DNA of 32,000 bases from Delftia acidovorans NBRC 14950 (lineage in GTDB: Bacteria > Pseudomonadota > Gammaproteobacteria > Burkholderiales > Burkholderiaceae_C), in assembly GCF_001598795.1 (NCBI RefSeq), contig NZ_BCZP01000013.1:1-32000 (forward strand), written 5' to 3'. Below the pieces are notes generated by a model. That model ran no database searches. It saw only the letters and a list, made by a program, of their open reading frames with translations, and was not told the origin of the DNA. Positions 23,917 through 32,000 of the stretch are shown here, one piece after another (positions within the stretch are counted from its first letter, which is position 1; each line of letters opens with the position of its first letter). The position numbers were made by a program, and so were the translations under genes.

Positions 23917-24555
23917 ATGACTAGCCGCTCCTCCATCAAAGAACAGATACAGCGCGTGCGCGAGCAGGCCATCGTGGCGGCCGTCAACCGGCTGCTGGCC
24001 ACCAAGGGCTACGACGCCATGACGGTGGACGAGGTCGCGGCCGAGGCCGGCATGGCCAAGGCCAGCCTGTACAAGCTGTTCACCTCCAAGGAAGAACTGG
24101 CGGGCGCCGCCATGGTGGGCGTGCTGGACCGCGCCCTGGCCTTTGTGGACGGCCTGCGCGACACGGCGGCCCAGGCCGCCGAGGCCGGCACGCCGGTGCG
24201 CCCGCTGGACCAGCTCAAGGCCGTGACGTGCTGGGCCATGCAGACCCAGCTGGAAGGCGAAATGCCCTCCCTGCCGGCGCAGAACTCCAACCTCAGCGCC
24301 TCCCTGCAATCCAACGATGCCTACATGGACCGGCTGATCGCCCTGAGCAACCGCCTGAGCATCTGGATCACCGAGGCCCAGACCAGCGGCCAGCTGCAGC
24401 CCGCGCTGCCGGCCGAGCTGGTGCTCTACACGCTGTTCGCGCGGGCCTGCGATCCGGTGGTGGCCCTGCTCAAGGAATCGGGCCAGTACACGCACGCGCA
24501 AATCATCGACTGGGTCACGAGCACCACGTTCGACGGGCTGGCGGCGGCGGATTGA
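23917..24555 (+). CDS. TetR/AcrR-family transcriptional regulator
   Basis: 212 aa. The N-terminal HTH reads AAVNRLLATKGYDAMTVDEVAAEAGMAKASLYKLFTSKEEL. Confidence 0.9.
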   Translation: MTSRSSIKEQIQRVREQAIVAAVNRLLATKGYDAMTVDEVAAEAGMAKASLYKLFTSKEELAGAAMVGVLDRALAFVDGLRDTAAQAAEAGTPVRPLDQLKAVTCWAMQTQLEGEMPSLPAQNSNLSASLQSNDAYMDRLIALSNRLSIWITEAQTSGQLQPALPAELVLYTLFARACDPVVALLKESGQYTHAQIIDWVTSTTFDGLAAAD

Positions 24556-24776
24556 CCTAGGCCGCGCAGCGACAGCTGCGATGCGTCGACCCGTCTCCAG
24601 CATGACCGGCAGCCGGTCCCCGCGGGCTCCCTGTTGCGCATCGTGCCGCCTTCGCGACTCCTACGAAACACAGCCGGGGGCGCCTGTATAGTTGCGGCTT
24701 GGCGACCACGGCAACACCCCGCGCCGTGCGGGATTGTCCTGCCAGGTCCTGTCTTTTACTGCGCTGATACCTCGCA

Positions 24777-25838
24777 ATGCAGCCCCCAGCCACAGCCCTG
24801 CCCAGCACGACGTTCGCCACCGACCAATTGGCGCAGGCAGACCGCTTCGAGGCGTGGCGCAGCAGCATCTCCGTGCTTTTCGACGTGGCGCCGCTGGAGC
24901 GCGGCGCGTCGCCAGGGCGCTTCCATGCCTCGGTGCATGCGGTCCACCTGGGCCAATTGCTGCTGGGCGACCTGCGCTTCGGCGCGCAGCGCTTCTCGCG
25001 CGGCCAGGCACGCGCCGCCCACGACGGCCTGGACCACTACCTGGTGCAGTGGTACCGCGCAGGGGGTTTCGTGGGCCAGCATGGCGACGGCAGCGAACTG
25101 CGAGTCCGCCCCGGTGACGTGGTCGTCTTCGACATGGCCCGCACCCAGCACACCGTGGCCCAGGATTCCCATGTGCTCTCACTGATCGTTCCCCGCAGGC
25201 TGGGCGAGGCTGCCTGCGGGTCCCCGGGCCCGGGCACCCACGGCACCGTGCTGGCCGCCGACAGCCTGTTCGGCGGCCTGCTGGCAGACCACCTGGGCGC
25301 ACTGCACCGGCGCCTGCCCTCCATCGGCCCGGCGCAGGCCGATGACGTGGTGCACGCCACCCTGCAAATGCTGGCCGCCTGCCTGCGCCCCAGCCAGCGC
25401 ACCCTGGCCGAAGCCCGCGCCGAGGTGCATGCCGCCACGCTGGAGCGCATCCAGCGCCATATCGCGCGGAACCTGGGCACGCCGCTCTCGCCCGAGGCAC
25501 TGTGCCGCTGCTTCGGCATTTCGCGCCACCGGCTCTACCACCTCTTCGAGCCCCTGGGCGGCGTGATGCGCTATGTGCAGCAGCGCCGTCTGCAGCGGGC
25601 CTTCCACACGCTGTCCAATCCCGCCTACCGGCGCCTGCGCATTGCCGAGGTGGCCGCACGCCTGGGCTTTGCCAGCGAGGCGCATTTCAGCCGCGCCTTC
25701 CGTGCCGCCTTCGGCCACACGCCCAGCGATGTGCGCGCCATGGCCGAGGCGGCTGATGCCGTGCGCATCAATCCCCCACCCGGCACCACGACCACATCGG
25801 CGGAATATGCCGACTGGCTGCTCGGGCTCATGGCCTGA
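24777..25838 (+). CDS. AraC-family transcriptional regulator
   Basis: 353 aa. The C-terminal double HTH reads LSPEALCRCFGISRHRLYHLFEP...IAEVAARLGFASEAHFSRAFRAAFGHTPSDVR. Confidence 0.88.
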   Translation: MQPPATALPSTTFATDQLAQADRFEAWRSSISVLFDVAPLERGASPGRFHASVHAVHLGQLLLGDLRFGAQRFSRGQARAAHDGLDHYLVQWYRAGGFVGQHGDGSELRVRPGDVVVFDMARTQHTVAQDSHVLSLIVPRRLGEAACGSPGPGTHGTVLAADSLFGGLLADHLGALHRRLPSIGPAQADDVVHATLQMLAACLRPSQRTLAEARAEVHAATLERIQRHIARNLGTPLSPEALCRCFGISRHRLYHLFEPLGGVMRYVQQRRLQRAFHTLSNPAYRRLRIAEVAARLGFASEAHFSRAFRAAFGHTPSDVRAMAEAADAVRINPPPGTTTTSAEYADWLLGLMA

Positions 25839-25881
25839 GCGAGGGATGGCCGGGCACGAGAGCGTGCAGGTCCAGCGGGTC

Positions 25882-25912
25882 CATGGGCGCGGCACATGGG
25901 CGCGGCACATGG
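25882..25912. repeat. 13-bp tandem repeat, about 2.4 copies
   Basis: CATGGGCGCGGCA occurs at 25882-25894 and 25895-25907, followed by a partial CATGG at 25908-25912. Confidence 0.8.
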
Positions 25913-26022
25913 TCCCGGCATTTATCAGGCCATCGAGCTGCGACAGCAGAAATGCCATCCGCGCCCTGGCCGGCAGCCGCTGCAGCATGGTCATGAATCG
26001 CAGCACGGACCCTGCAGCCAAT

Positions 26023-26041
26023 GCAAATGAGAATTCATATC
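26023..26041. promoter_or_regulatory. Candidate Fur box upstream of ECF sigma gene 1
   Basis: GCAAATGAGAATTCATATC matches 13 of 19 positions of GATAATGATAATCATTATC. It lies in a local AT-rich patch ~55 nt upstream of the sigma start. It shares AAATGAGAA with the region upstream of the second sigma gene. Confidence 0.45.
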
Positions 26042-26094
26042 AATTGGATAAAATACCGGGAGTTCTTTGACGCACAAGAGGAAAGGCCCGGCAC

Positions 26095-26619
26095 GTGCAT
26101 CCATCCACCGACAGTGGCGCCAGCCAGGCTCTGGGCAGCATGTACGCGCAGCACAACCATTGGCTGGTCGCGTGGCTGCAGCGCAGGCTGGGCAACCGCT
26201 GCGATGCGGCCGACCTGGCCCAGGACACGTTCACGCGCATCTGGGTCAGCGCCAGGACACAGGCCATCGAGGACATCCAGGAGCCCCGCGCCTACCTGAC
26301 GACGGTGGCCCGGCGGCTGCTGGTCAACCACCTGGAGCGCCGCTCGCTGGAGCAGGCCTACCTGGCCTCCCTGCACCTTCTGCCCCAGGCCACCGTGCTG
26401 TCCGTGGAGGCGCGGGCCATCCTGCTGGAGACGCTGCAGGAGCTCGATGCGCTGCTGGACGCCCTGCCCGCCAAGGTGCGCACGGCCTTTCTCATGTCCC
26501 AGCTCGAAGGCCTGTCCTACGAGGACATTGCCGCCCACATGCAACTGAGCGTGCGCACCGTGACCCGCTACATGGCCCAGGGCTTTCGGCAATGCCTGCT
26601 GGTGATGCTGGAGCGCTGA
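26095..26619 (+). CDS. FecI-type (iron-starvation) ECF sigma factor
   Basis: 174 aa with a GTG start. LGSMYAQHNHWLVAWLQRRLGNRCDAADLAQDTFTRIW, PRAYLTTVARRLLVNHLERR and FLMSQLEGLSYEDIAAHMQLSVRTVTRYM align with the E. coli FecI pattern. Confidence 0.9.
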   Translation: MHPSTDSGASQALGSMYAQHNHWLVAWLQRRLGNRCDAADLAQDTFTRIWVSARTQAIEDIQEPRAYLTTVARRLLVNHLERRSLEQAYLASLHLLPQATVLSVEARAILLETLQELDALLDALPAKVRTAFLMSQLEGLSYEDIAAHMQLSVRTVTRYMAQGFRQCLLVMLER

Positions 26620-26621
26620 GC

Positions 26622-27575
26622 ATGCAGGCCGCAGACGCACGCATCCTGGACGAGGCTGCCCGCTGGCTGGCACGCAGGCACGCCTCGGACTTCAGCGCCG
26701 CCGAGCAGGCCGAGCTGGCACGCTGGCGCAGCCAGAGCAGCCGGCATGAACACATCTGGCAGTGCGCCGAGCAGCTCAAGGGCCGCTTCAACGCCGTTCC
26801 CGGCGCCGTCGGCATGGCCACGCTCAACCGCGCGCGCCCCTCGGCGGCACGGCGCCAGTTGCTGCGCTCGGCCGTGCTGGCCCTGGCCACGCCTGCGCTG
26901 GGCTGGCTGGCCTGGCGCCATCTGCCCTGGCAGGACTGGACGGCCGACTACCGCACGGCCAGGGGCGAGCGCCGCGCGGTCACGCTGGCCGATGGCAGCC
27001 GCGTGCAGCTGAACACGGCCTCGGCCATCAGCGTGCGCATGGATGGCACGGCGCGGCGCATCCGCCAGCATGCCGGGGAAATCCTGGTCGAGACCGCGCA
27101 TGCCCCGCCCTACGCCTCCCAGCCTTTCATGGTGCAGACAGACGACGGCCAGATGCAGGCCCTGGGCACGCGCTTCATCGTGCGCAAGCTGGAGCGGGGC
27201 ACGGCGCTGGCCGTGCTGGAGGGCGCGGTGCGCGTCACGCCGGCAGCATCGGCCACGGCCGTGGTGGTGCATGCGGGCGAGCAACTGCAATTCGATGGAC
27301 AAGGCGCCAGCGCCACCCGCCCGGTGGCGCCGCGGGACTCGGCCTGGACGCTGGGCGTGCTCTATGCCGAGAACCTGCGGCTGCAGGACTTCCTGGCCGA
27401 GCTGTCGCGCTACCGCGAAGGCCTTGTGCGGTGCGACGACGATGTCGCCGACCTGCGCGTCTCCGGCACCTACCAGCTGCATGACACCGACCGCATCCTG
27501 GCCCTGCTGGCCCAGACCCTGCCGGTGCGCGTGCACGAGCGCAGCCGGTACTGGGTGACGGTGGCGCGGCGCTGA
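26622..27575 (+). CDS. FecR-type transmembrane anti-sigma/sensor
   Basis: The ATG at 26622 lies 2 nt after the sigma stop. The N-terminal region reads EAARWLARRH...AELARWR. There is a single TM segment (LLRSAVLALATPALGWLAW). The FecR core reads YRTARGERRAVTLADGSRVQLNTAS...GEILVET...ALGTRFIV. Confidence 0.9.
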   Translation: MQAADARILDEAARWLARRHASDFSAAEQAELARWRSQSSRHEHIWQCAEQLKGRFNAVPGAVGMATLNRARPSAARRQLLRSAVLALATPALGWLAWRHLPWQDWTADYRTARGERRAVTLADGSRVQLNTASAISVRMDGTARRIRQHAGEILVETAHAPPYASQPFMVQTDDGQMQALGTRFIVRKLERGTALAVLEGAVRVTPAASATAVVVHAGEQLQFDGQGASATRPVAPRDSAWTLGVLYAENLRLQDFLAELSRYREGLVRCDDDVADLRVSGTYQLHDTDRILALLAQTLPVRVHERSRYWVTVARR

Positions 27576-27671
27576 TCCGATTTTTTTCTGCCGTGGCTGT
27601 CCGGTTTTTCGCTCTCGCCTGTCAAGGCTTGCGAAGACCACTTTCATCGACAGCCCAGAGGACAGAACACC

Positions 27672-30191
27672 ATGCACTCCCCTTCTTCCACCGCCGGACC
27701 ACGCGCCAGCCTGCGCGCCACCGCCTTGGCGGCCCTGGCCGTCAGCACCTCGCTGCTGCTGCACGCGCTGCCAGTCCAGGCGGCCGAGCCGGCCGCCAGC
27801 GCCGCTGCCAGGAGCTACCAGATCCAGCCGGGTCCGCTGGGCCCGGCGCTGATGGCCTTTGCCGCGCAGGCAGGCGTGAACCTGGGCATGGACCTGCAGC
27901 AGCTCGGCGGCATGGAGACACGCGGCCTGTCCGGCACGTTCTCCGTGGAGGACGGCTTTGCGCAGCTGCTGAACACGTCAGGCTGGACAGCGCGCCGCGT
28001 GGGGGCGGGCAACTACGCGCTGGAGAAGCTGCCTGCGGCGGCACGCCAGGCGCCGTCTGCCGCAGCGGCCGTGCCCTCACCCTCAGCCCCAGCCGCGGCA
28101 CAGGCCACGGAACTTGCCGCCATCACGGTGACCGCGCGCACGCAGAACAACCTGGTCGCGCCCTCGCGGCAAGTCACGATTCTGGAAGGCCAGGAGGTGG
28201 AGCAGCTGCGCCAGGGCTCGGACAGCCTGGCCACCATGCTCAGCAAGGTGGTCCCCGGCATGGCGGACTCCAGCCACACCATCACCGACTACGGCCAGAC
28301 GCTGCGCGGCCGCAACATGCTGGTGCTGGTGGACGGCGTTCCGCTGAACACCAACCGCGACTCGTCCAGGAACCTGGCCAACATCAACCCGGCCGACATC
28401 GAGCAGATCGAGGTGCTGCGCGGCAGCAGCGCCATCTACGGCAGCGGTGCGGCGGGCGGCATTGTCTCCATCCGCACCAAGCGGCCCTCGGGCGAGACGC
28501 GGGCCGAGACCATCGTCACCGGCTCGGCCCCGCTGTCCCGCCTGCGCGGCGCAGGACTGGGCGGCGAGGTGCAGCACTACCTGTCCGGCGGTGGCGAGGT
28601 GGTCGACTATTCGGTGAGCCTGGGCGCCAGGCACATGGGCGGCGCCTTCGACGCCAGGGGCAACCGCATTGCACCCGAGCCCAGCCAGGGCGACCTGTTC
28701 GACTCCAACATCTACAACGCCTCGGCCAAGATCGGCTTCAAGCTCGATGCCGACCAGCGCCTGCAATTGACCGCCAGCCACTACAACGCGGCCCAGGACA
28801 CGGACTACGCCTCCGACCCGTCGGTGGCGCGGCTGCCGGCCGGAACGGCGGCGGCCCGCCCCATCAAGGGCCTGGTGCTGGCCGACCAGAACCAGATCAA
28901 GAACACCATGCTGGGCCTGGACTACGAGAACCGGGACATCGCAGGCAGCACGCTGGCCGCCCAGCTCTACTACCGGGACTTCTTCACGCGGTTTGCGCCC
29001 TTCGACGCACGCGCCGTGCCGGTGCGGGGCGCCAATGTCGACCAGTCCATGCAGAACTCCGAGGTCTTTGGCGGGCGCCTGACACTGAAGACGCCGCTGG
29101 GCGCCAGCAAGAAAAGCCTGCTGATCTGGGGTGCGGACTTCCACCAGGAGCGCACCGACATGCCCATCGACATCTTCGACCCCAGGGCCTATGACGCCAG
29201 CGGCGGCCTGGTCTTCAACAAGACCGGCCGCCTGGTCTACATGCCCCCGGTCACCACGCGCAGCATCGGCGCCTTCGCCCAGCTGCAGCACCAGTTCAGC
29301 GACCAATGGTCGGCCGAAGGCGGCCTGCGCTACGACCGCGCCCAGGCCAGCTTCAACGACTTCACGCCGCTGTCGCAATCGCGGGTGCCCAACCCCCAGC
29401 CCGTGAATGGCGGCACCGTCCAGTACAACGCCTGGACCTACAACCTGGGCACGGTCTTCACGCCGGTGAAGGGCCAGGAGTTCTATGCCTCGTACAGCCA
29501 GGGCTTCGAGCTGCCGGACATCGGCGTGGTGGTGCGCAATGCCACGCCGGCCTTCAACCTGGGCAACTCCAACCTGCAGGCGGTCAAGACCAACACCTAT
29601 GAAATGGGCTGGCGCGGCAAGTTCTCCAACGTGATGGCCAATCTCAGCGTCTTCCAGTCGCGCTCCAACCTGGGCGCCGTGCAAAGCTTCAACAACGGCC
29701 TATCCCTGCTGCGCACCCGCGAGAAGATCCACGGCATCGAAGGCGGCCTGGACTACTTCAGCGATGACGACCACTGGAGCGCGGGCGGCAGCTTCACCTG
29801 GATGAAGGGCCGCGAGCTGCCGCAGGCCGCCAGCGGCTACCAGGACATGACGGGCTTTCGCATCCCACCGCTCAAGCTGACGGCCTATGTGGAGTACCGG
29901 CCCGATGCCCGCTGGAGCCACCGCCTGCAGGCAACCTCGTATGCCGCCAAGGACTACCGCCTGGACGGCAAGACCGGCTTTGGCCGCTATGACACACGGG
30001 GCTACACCACGGTGGACCTGATCAGCCAGTGGAAGATCGACCCCAAGAACCGCGTGTCCCTGGGCGTGGAAAACCTGTTCAACCGCCAGTACTTCCCGCT
30101 CTACAGCCAGCTGCTGCGCAGCAACAACAACACCAGCCGCCTGCCAGCGGCCGGCACGGTGCTGAAGATCAGCTACGCGCACACCTGGTGA
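27672..30191 (+). CDS. TonB-dependent siderophore receptor with N-terminal STN signalling domain (FecA/FpvA-type transducer)
   Basis: 839 aa. It has a signal peptide ending VQA-AE. The STN domain reads YQIQPGPLGPALMAFAAQAGVNLGMD...GTFSVEDGFAQLL. The plug region reads VLVDGVPLN...IEVLRGSSAIYGSGAAGG. The C-terminus is the beta-barrel end ...KISYAHTW. Confidence 0.93.
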   Translation: MHSPSSTAGPRASLRATALAALAVSTSLLLHALPVQAAEPAASAAARSYQIQPGPLGPALMAFAAQAGVNLGMDLQQLGGMETRGLSGTFSVEDGFAQLLNTSGWTARRVGAGNYALEKLPAAARQAPSAAAAVPSPSAPAAAQATELAAITVTARTQNNLVAPSRQVTILEGQEVEQLRQGSDSLATMLSKVVPGMADSSHTITDYGQTLRGRNMLVLVDGVPLNTNRDSSRNLANINPADIEQIEVLRGSSAIYGSGAAGGIVSIRTKRPSGETRAETIVTGSAPLSRLRGAGLGGEVQHYLSGGGEVVDYSVSLGARHMGGAFDARGNRIAPEPSQGDLFDSNIYNASAKIGFKLDADQRLQLTASHYNAAQDTDYASDPSVARLPAGTAAARPIKGLVLADQNQIKNTMLGLDYENRDIAGSTLAAQLYYRDFFTRFAPFDARAVPVRGANVDQSMQNSEVFGGRLTLKTPLGASKKSLLIWGADFHQERTDMPIDIFDPRAYDASGGLVFNKTGRLVYMPPVTTRSIGAFAQLQHQFSDQWSAEGGLRYDRAQASFNDFTPLSQSRVPNPQPVNGGTVQYNAWTYNLGTVFTPVKGQEFYASYSQGFELPDIGVVVRNATPAFNLGNSNLQAVKTNTYEMGWRGKFSNVMANLSVFQSRSNLGAVQSFNNGLSLLRTREKIHGIEGGLDYFSDDDHWSAGGSFTWMKGRELPQAASGYQDMTGFRIPPLKLTAYVEYRPDARWSHRLQATSYAAKDYRLDGKTGFGRYDTRGYTTVDLISQWKIDPKNRVSLGVENLFNRQYFPLYSQLLRSNNNTSRLPAAGTVLKISYAHTW

Positions 30192-30259
30192 CCCGCGGGC
30201 AGGCACCGATCGCCGGGGCCTGCCAATACCCACCCGTGCAGCCCGGACGACCCCCTGGT

Positions 30260-30297
30260 TAAAATGAGAACCAATCGCATTAAGTCATTGATATCAG
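30260..30297. promoter_or_regulatory. AT-rich region with Fur-box-like half sites upstream of ECF sigma gene 2
   Basis: TAAAATGAGAACCAATCGC matches about 11 of 19 positions of the Fur consensus. It is followed by GTCATTGATATCA. It shares AAATGAGAA with 26025-26033. Confidence 0.33.
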
Positions 30298-30328
30298 GGG
30301 ATTCATCTTTGCGGTTGTGGGGGTCAGC

Positions 30329-30844
30329 ATGTCATCCGGCGAATTCGCGCTGCACAACGAGATCCAGTCGCTCTATCGTGACCATCACCGATGGCTGCGC
30401 GATTGGCTGCGCAGAAAACTGGGCTGTTCCCACCATGCCGCCGACCTGGCCCACGACACCTTCGTGCGCCTGCTCGGCCGCAAGGAGCGGGCGGACCCGG
30501 TGGACCCCCGCGCCTACCTGACCACCATCGCCCACGGCCTGGTGGTGGATTTCCACCGGCGCCGGGCGCTGGAGCGGGCCTATCTGGAATCGCTGGCCGC
30601 CCTGCCCGAGCCGCAGGCGCCTTCGCCCGAGGCACGGGCCATCGTACTGGAGGCCCTGGTGGCCATCGACGCCATGCTCGACGGCATGAAGCCCGCCGTG
30701 CGCCAGGCCTTCATCCTCTCGCAGCTCGAAGGCCTGACCTATGCGCAGATCGCCGCCCGGCTGCAGGTGACCGTGCGCACCGTCAACAACTACATGCTCA
30801 AGGCGCTGGAGCACTGCTACCTCATCGTGGCAGACGGCGCATGA
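30329..30844 (+). CDS. FecI-type ECF sigma factor (paralog of 26095..26619)
   Basis: I prefer the ATG at 30329 (G-run 5 nt upstream) over the track GTG at 30317. IQSLYRDHHRWLRDWLRRKLGCSHHAADLAHDTFVRLL, PRAYLTTIAHGLVVDFHRRR and FILSQLEGLTYAQIAARLQVTVRTVNNYM match the FecI pattern. Confidence 0.9.
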   Translation: MSSGEFALHNEIQSLYRDHHRWLRDWLRRKLGCSHHAADLAHDTFVRLLGRKERADPVDPRAYLTTIAHGLVVDFHRRRALERAYLESLAALPEPQAPSPEARAIVLEALVAIDAMLDGMKPAVRQAFILSQLEGLTYAQIAARLQVTVRTVNNYMLKALEHCYLIVADGA

Positions 30845-31902
30845 CGGCCTTGCCCTCGAACAGCGACAGCGCCCTGGACGCGGCTGCACATTCGCCCACC
30901 CCCACCACCACCCCAGCCCAGGCACAGGCCCGCATCCGCCAGGAAGCGATTGCCTGGTACGCGCGCCTGTGCTCCGGCGATGCCACCGACGCCGACCGTG
31001 CCGCCTGGCAGCGCTGGCATGAGTCCCACCCCGAGCACCAGCGCGCATGGCGGCATTTCGACGCCCTGCAGTCCATGCTGCAGCGCGTGCCGGGGCACCT
31101 GGCCGCCTCCACGCTGCAGGCCAGCCGGCGCAGCCGCCGCCGGGTGCTGCGCGGTATCGGCGCACTGGTGGGCAGCGGGGCCGTGGCGGGCCTGTCATGG
31201 CAGCTGGCCGGCGGGCAGGGCGGCGTGCGCTCCTGGCTGGCCGACTACCGCACCGGCACGGGCGAGCGCCGCACCGTCACGCTGGCCGACGGGTCCGAAC
31301 TGACGCTGAACACCCGGACCTCGGTGGACGTGTCCATGGACCCCACGCGCCGGCTGCTGGTGCTGCGCGAGGGCGAGATCCTGGTGCAGACCGCCCATTC
31401 CCTCGCCGGGCCCGGCGCGGGCGCCAAGGATGGCCGCCCGTTCATGGTGCACACGCCGCAGGGCCGCATCCTGGCGCTGGGCACGCGCTTCACCGTGCGC
31501 AGCGAGGGTGGCGAGGGCGGTGACACCTTGGTGAGCGTGCTGCAGGACGCCGTGGAAATCCAGCCCCTGCAGGACGCCAGCCGCAGCCTGCGGCTGCAGG
31601 CCGGCCAGCAGGCCAGCTTCAGCCGCAACGGCATGCTGCCCGCCCAGGCCGCCGACCCGGCCCTGGTCAGCTGGGTGGGCGGCAGCCTCATCGTGGACGG
31701 CTGGCGGCTGGACGACGTGGTGCGCGAACTCGCACGCTACCGGCCCGGCCGCCTGGCCTGTGACCCGGCCGTGGCCGGCCTGCGCGTGTCCGGCGTGTTT
31801 CCGCTGGCCGACACGGACAAGGCGCTGGCCGTCATCACCCGCGCCTTCCCGGTGCGCGCGGCTGGCCTGTCGCGCTACTGGCTGACCCTGGTGCCCGTCT
31901 AG
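30841..31902 (+). CDS. FecR-type anti-sigma/sensor (paralog of 26622..27575)
   Basis: The ATG at 30841 overlaps the sigma stop as ATGA. Motifs are EAIAWYARL...AAWQRW and YRTGTGERRTVTLADGSELTLNTRTS...GEILVQT...ALGTRFTV. The cognate receptor presumably lies beyond the right edge. Confidence 0.9.
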   Translation: MTALPSNSDSALDAAAHSPTPTTTPAQAQARIRQEAIAWYARLCSGDATDADRAAWQRWHESHPEHQRAWRHFDALQSMLQRVPGHLAASTLQASRRSRRRVLRGIGALVGSGAVAGLSWQLAGGQGGVRSWLADYRTGTGERRTVTLADGSELTLNTRTSVDVSMDPTRRLLVLREGEILVQTAHSLAGPGAGAKDGRPFMVHTPQGRILALGTRFTVRSEGGEGGDTLVSVLQDAVEIQPLQDASRSLRLQAGQQASFSRNGMLPAQAADPALVSWVGGSLIVDGWRLDDVVRELARYRPGRLACDPAVAGLRVSGVFPLADTDKALAVITRAFPVRAAGLSRYWLTLVPV

Positions 31903-32000
31903 GGCCAGCCCAGGGCGAGCCAGAGCCAGCCAGGGTCAGCCATTTCCCCATGCCGCGCAAAAAACTTCGCGGCCCATTTTCATCTTTTGCGATCTCGTTC

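Noticed and set aside
27576-27671. Possible FecI-dependent promoter upstream of the receptor gene
   Set aside because: I compared this region with the region after the second FecR (31903-32000). I found only loose T-rich similarity (TTTTC ... TCTCG) with inconsistent spacing, so I cannot support a specific -35/-10 call.
27593-29684. 533-aa plus-strand off-frame ORF (27593..29194) and 533-aa minus-strand ORF (28083..29684)
   Set aside because: Both overlap the TonB-dependent receptor frame, which has STN, plug and C-terminal barrel signatures. They are Arg/Gly/Pro-rich shadows.
31903-31945. AGCCAG-rich low-complexity stretch after the second FecR gene
   Set aside because: The repetition is irregular (GCCAG/AGCCA) with no defined unit or symmetry. 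It is too short to call a repeat family from a single window.
31952-31973. Inverted repeat GCCGCG-N10-CGCGGC followed by T-rich sequence (possible terminator or leader structure)
   Set aside because: The 6-bp stem with a 10-nt loop is marginal. It sits where a receptor promoter or leader is expected, and the window ends before the context can be judged.
1-32000. Search for mobile elements, CRISPR arrays, tRNA/rRNA genes, toxin-antitoxin or recognisable defence genes
   Set aside because: I saw no transposase, integrase or recombinase-like ORFs, no terminal inverted repeats, no regularly spaced repeats and no tRNA-like structures. Composition is uniform except for short AT-rich promoter patches, so there is no evidence for a horizontally acquired island.

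Overview
GC-rich chromosomal segment (third codon positions are overwhelmingly G/C), with gene content that looks beta-proteobacterial (Comamonadaceae/Burkholderiales-like). No species call is possible from this window alone. I found no rRNA, tRNA, CRISPR array, transposase, integrase or phage genes. All family calls are by eye from motifs, with no database search run.

Layout, left to right:
1. A methylcitrate-cycle operon on the minus strand: hotdog thioesterase, prpC, acnD. acnD runs off the left edge and is missing from the ORF track. A divergent XRE/ScfR-type regulator sits next to it.
2. A stress-like islet of small hydrophilic or disordered proteins. It includes a Gly-zipper/PA2169 four-helix-bundle protein and a ~68 aa Gly/Gln/Arg-rich protein. 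Each of these two is preceded by a near-identical 22-bp block that reads as a sigma54 -24/-12 promoter on the minus strand. The islet also holds an 80 aa three-TM protein and is followed by otsB-otsA (trehalose synthesis).
3. A translationally coupled four-gene cassette with no pathway I can assign: ACAD-like flavoprotein, PIG-L/LmbE deacetylase, NodS-like methyltransferase, GT2 glycosyltransferase.
4. DinB, PhzF and VOC genes divergent from a MocR/GntR-PLP regulator.
5. An eight-gene, almost fully overlapping minus-strand operon under a divergent TetR regulator: FAD oxidoreductase, DUF1365, CFA-synthase-like methylase, chalcone-isomerase-like protein, MFS, DUF3833 lipoprotein, SDR, NTF2-like protein.
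6. An AraC regulator.
7. Two tandem FecI/FecR-type iron-starvation ECF modules. The first has its STN-domain TonB-dependent receptor in the window.

The best candidates for undescribed biology are the four-gene cassette at 10171-13365 and the accessory genes of the lipid-modification operon at 16655-23776.

Many long ORFs in the track are antisense or off-frame shadows typical of high-GC DNA, and I rejected them.
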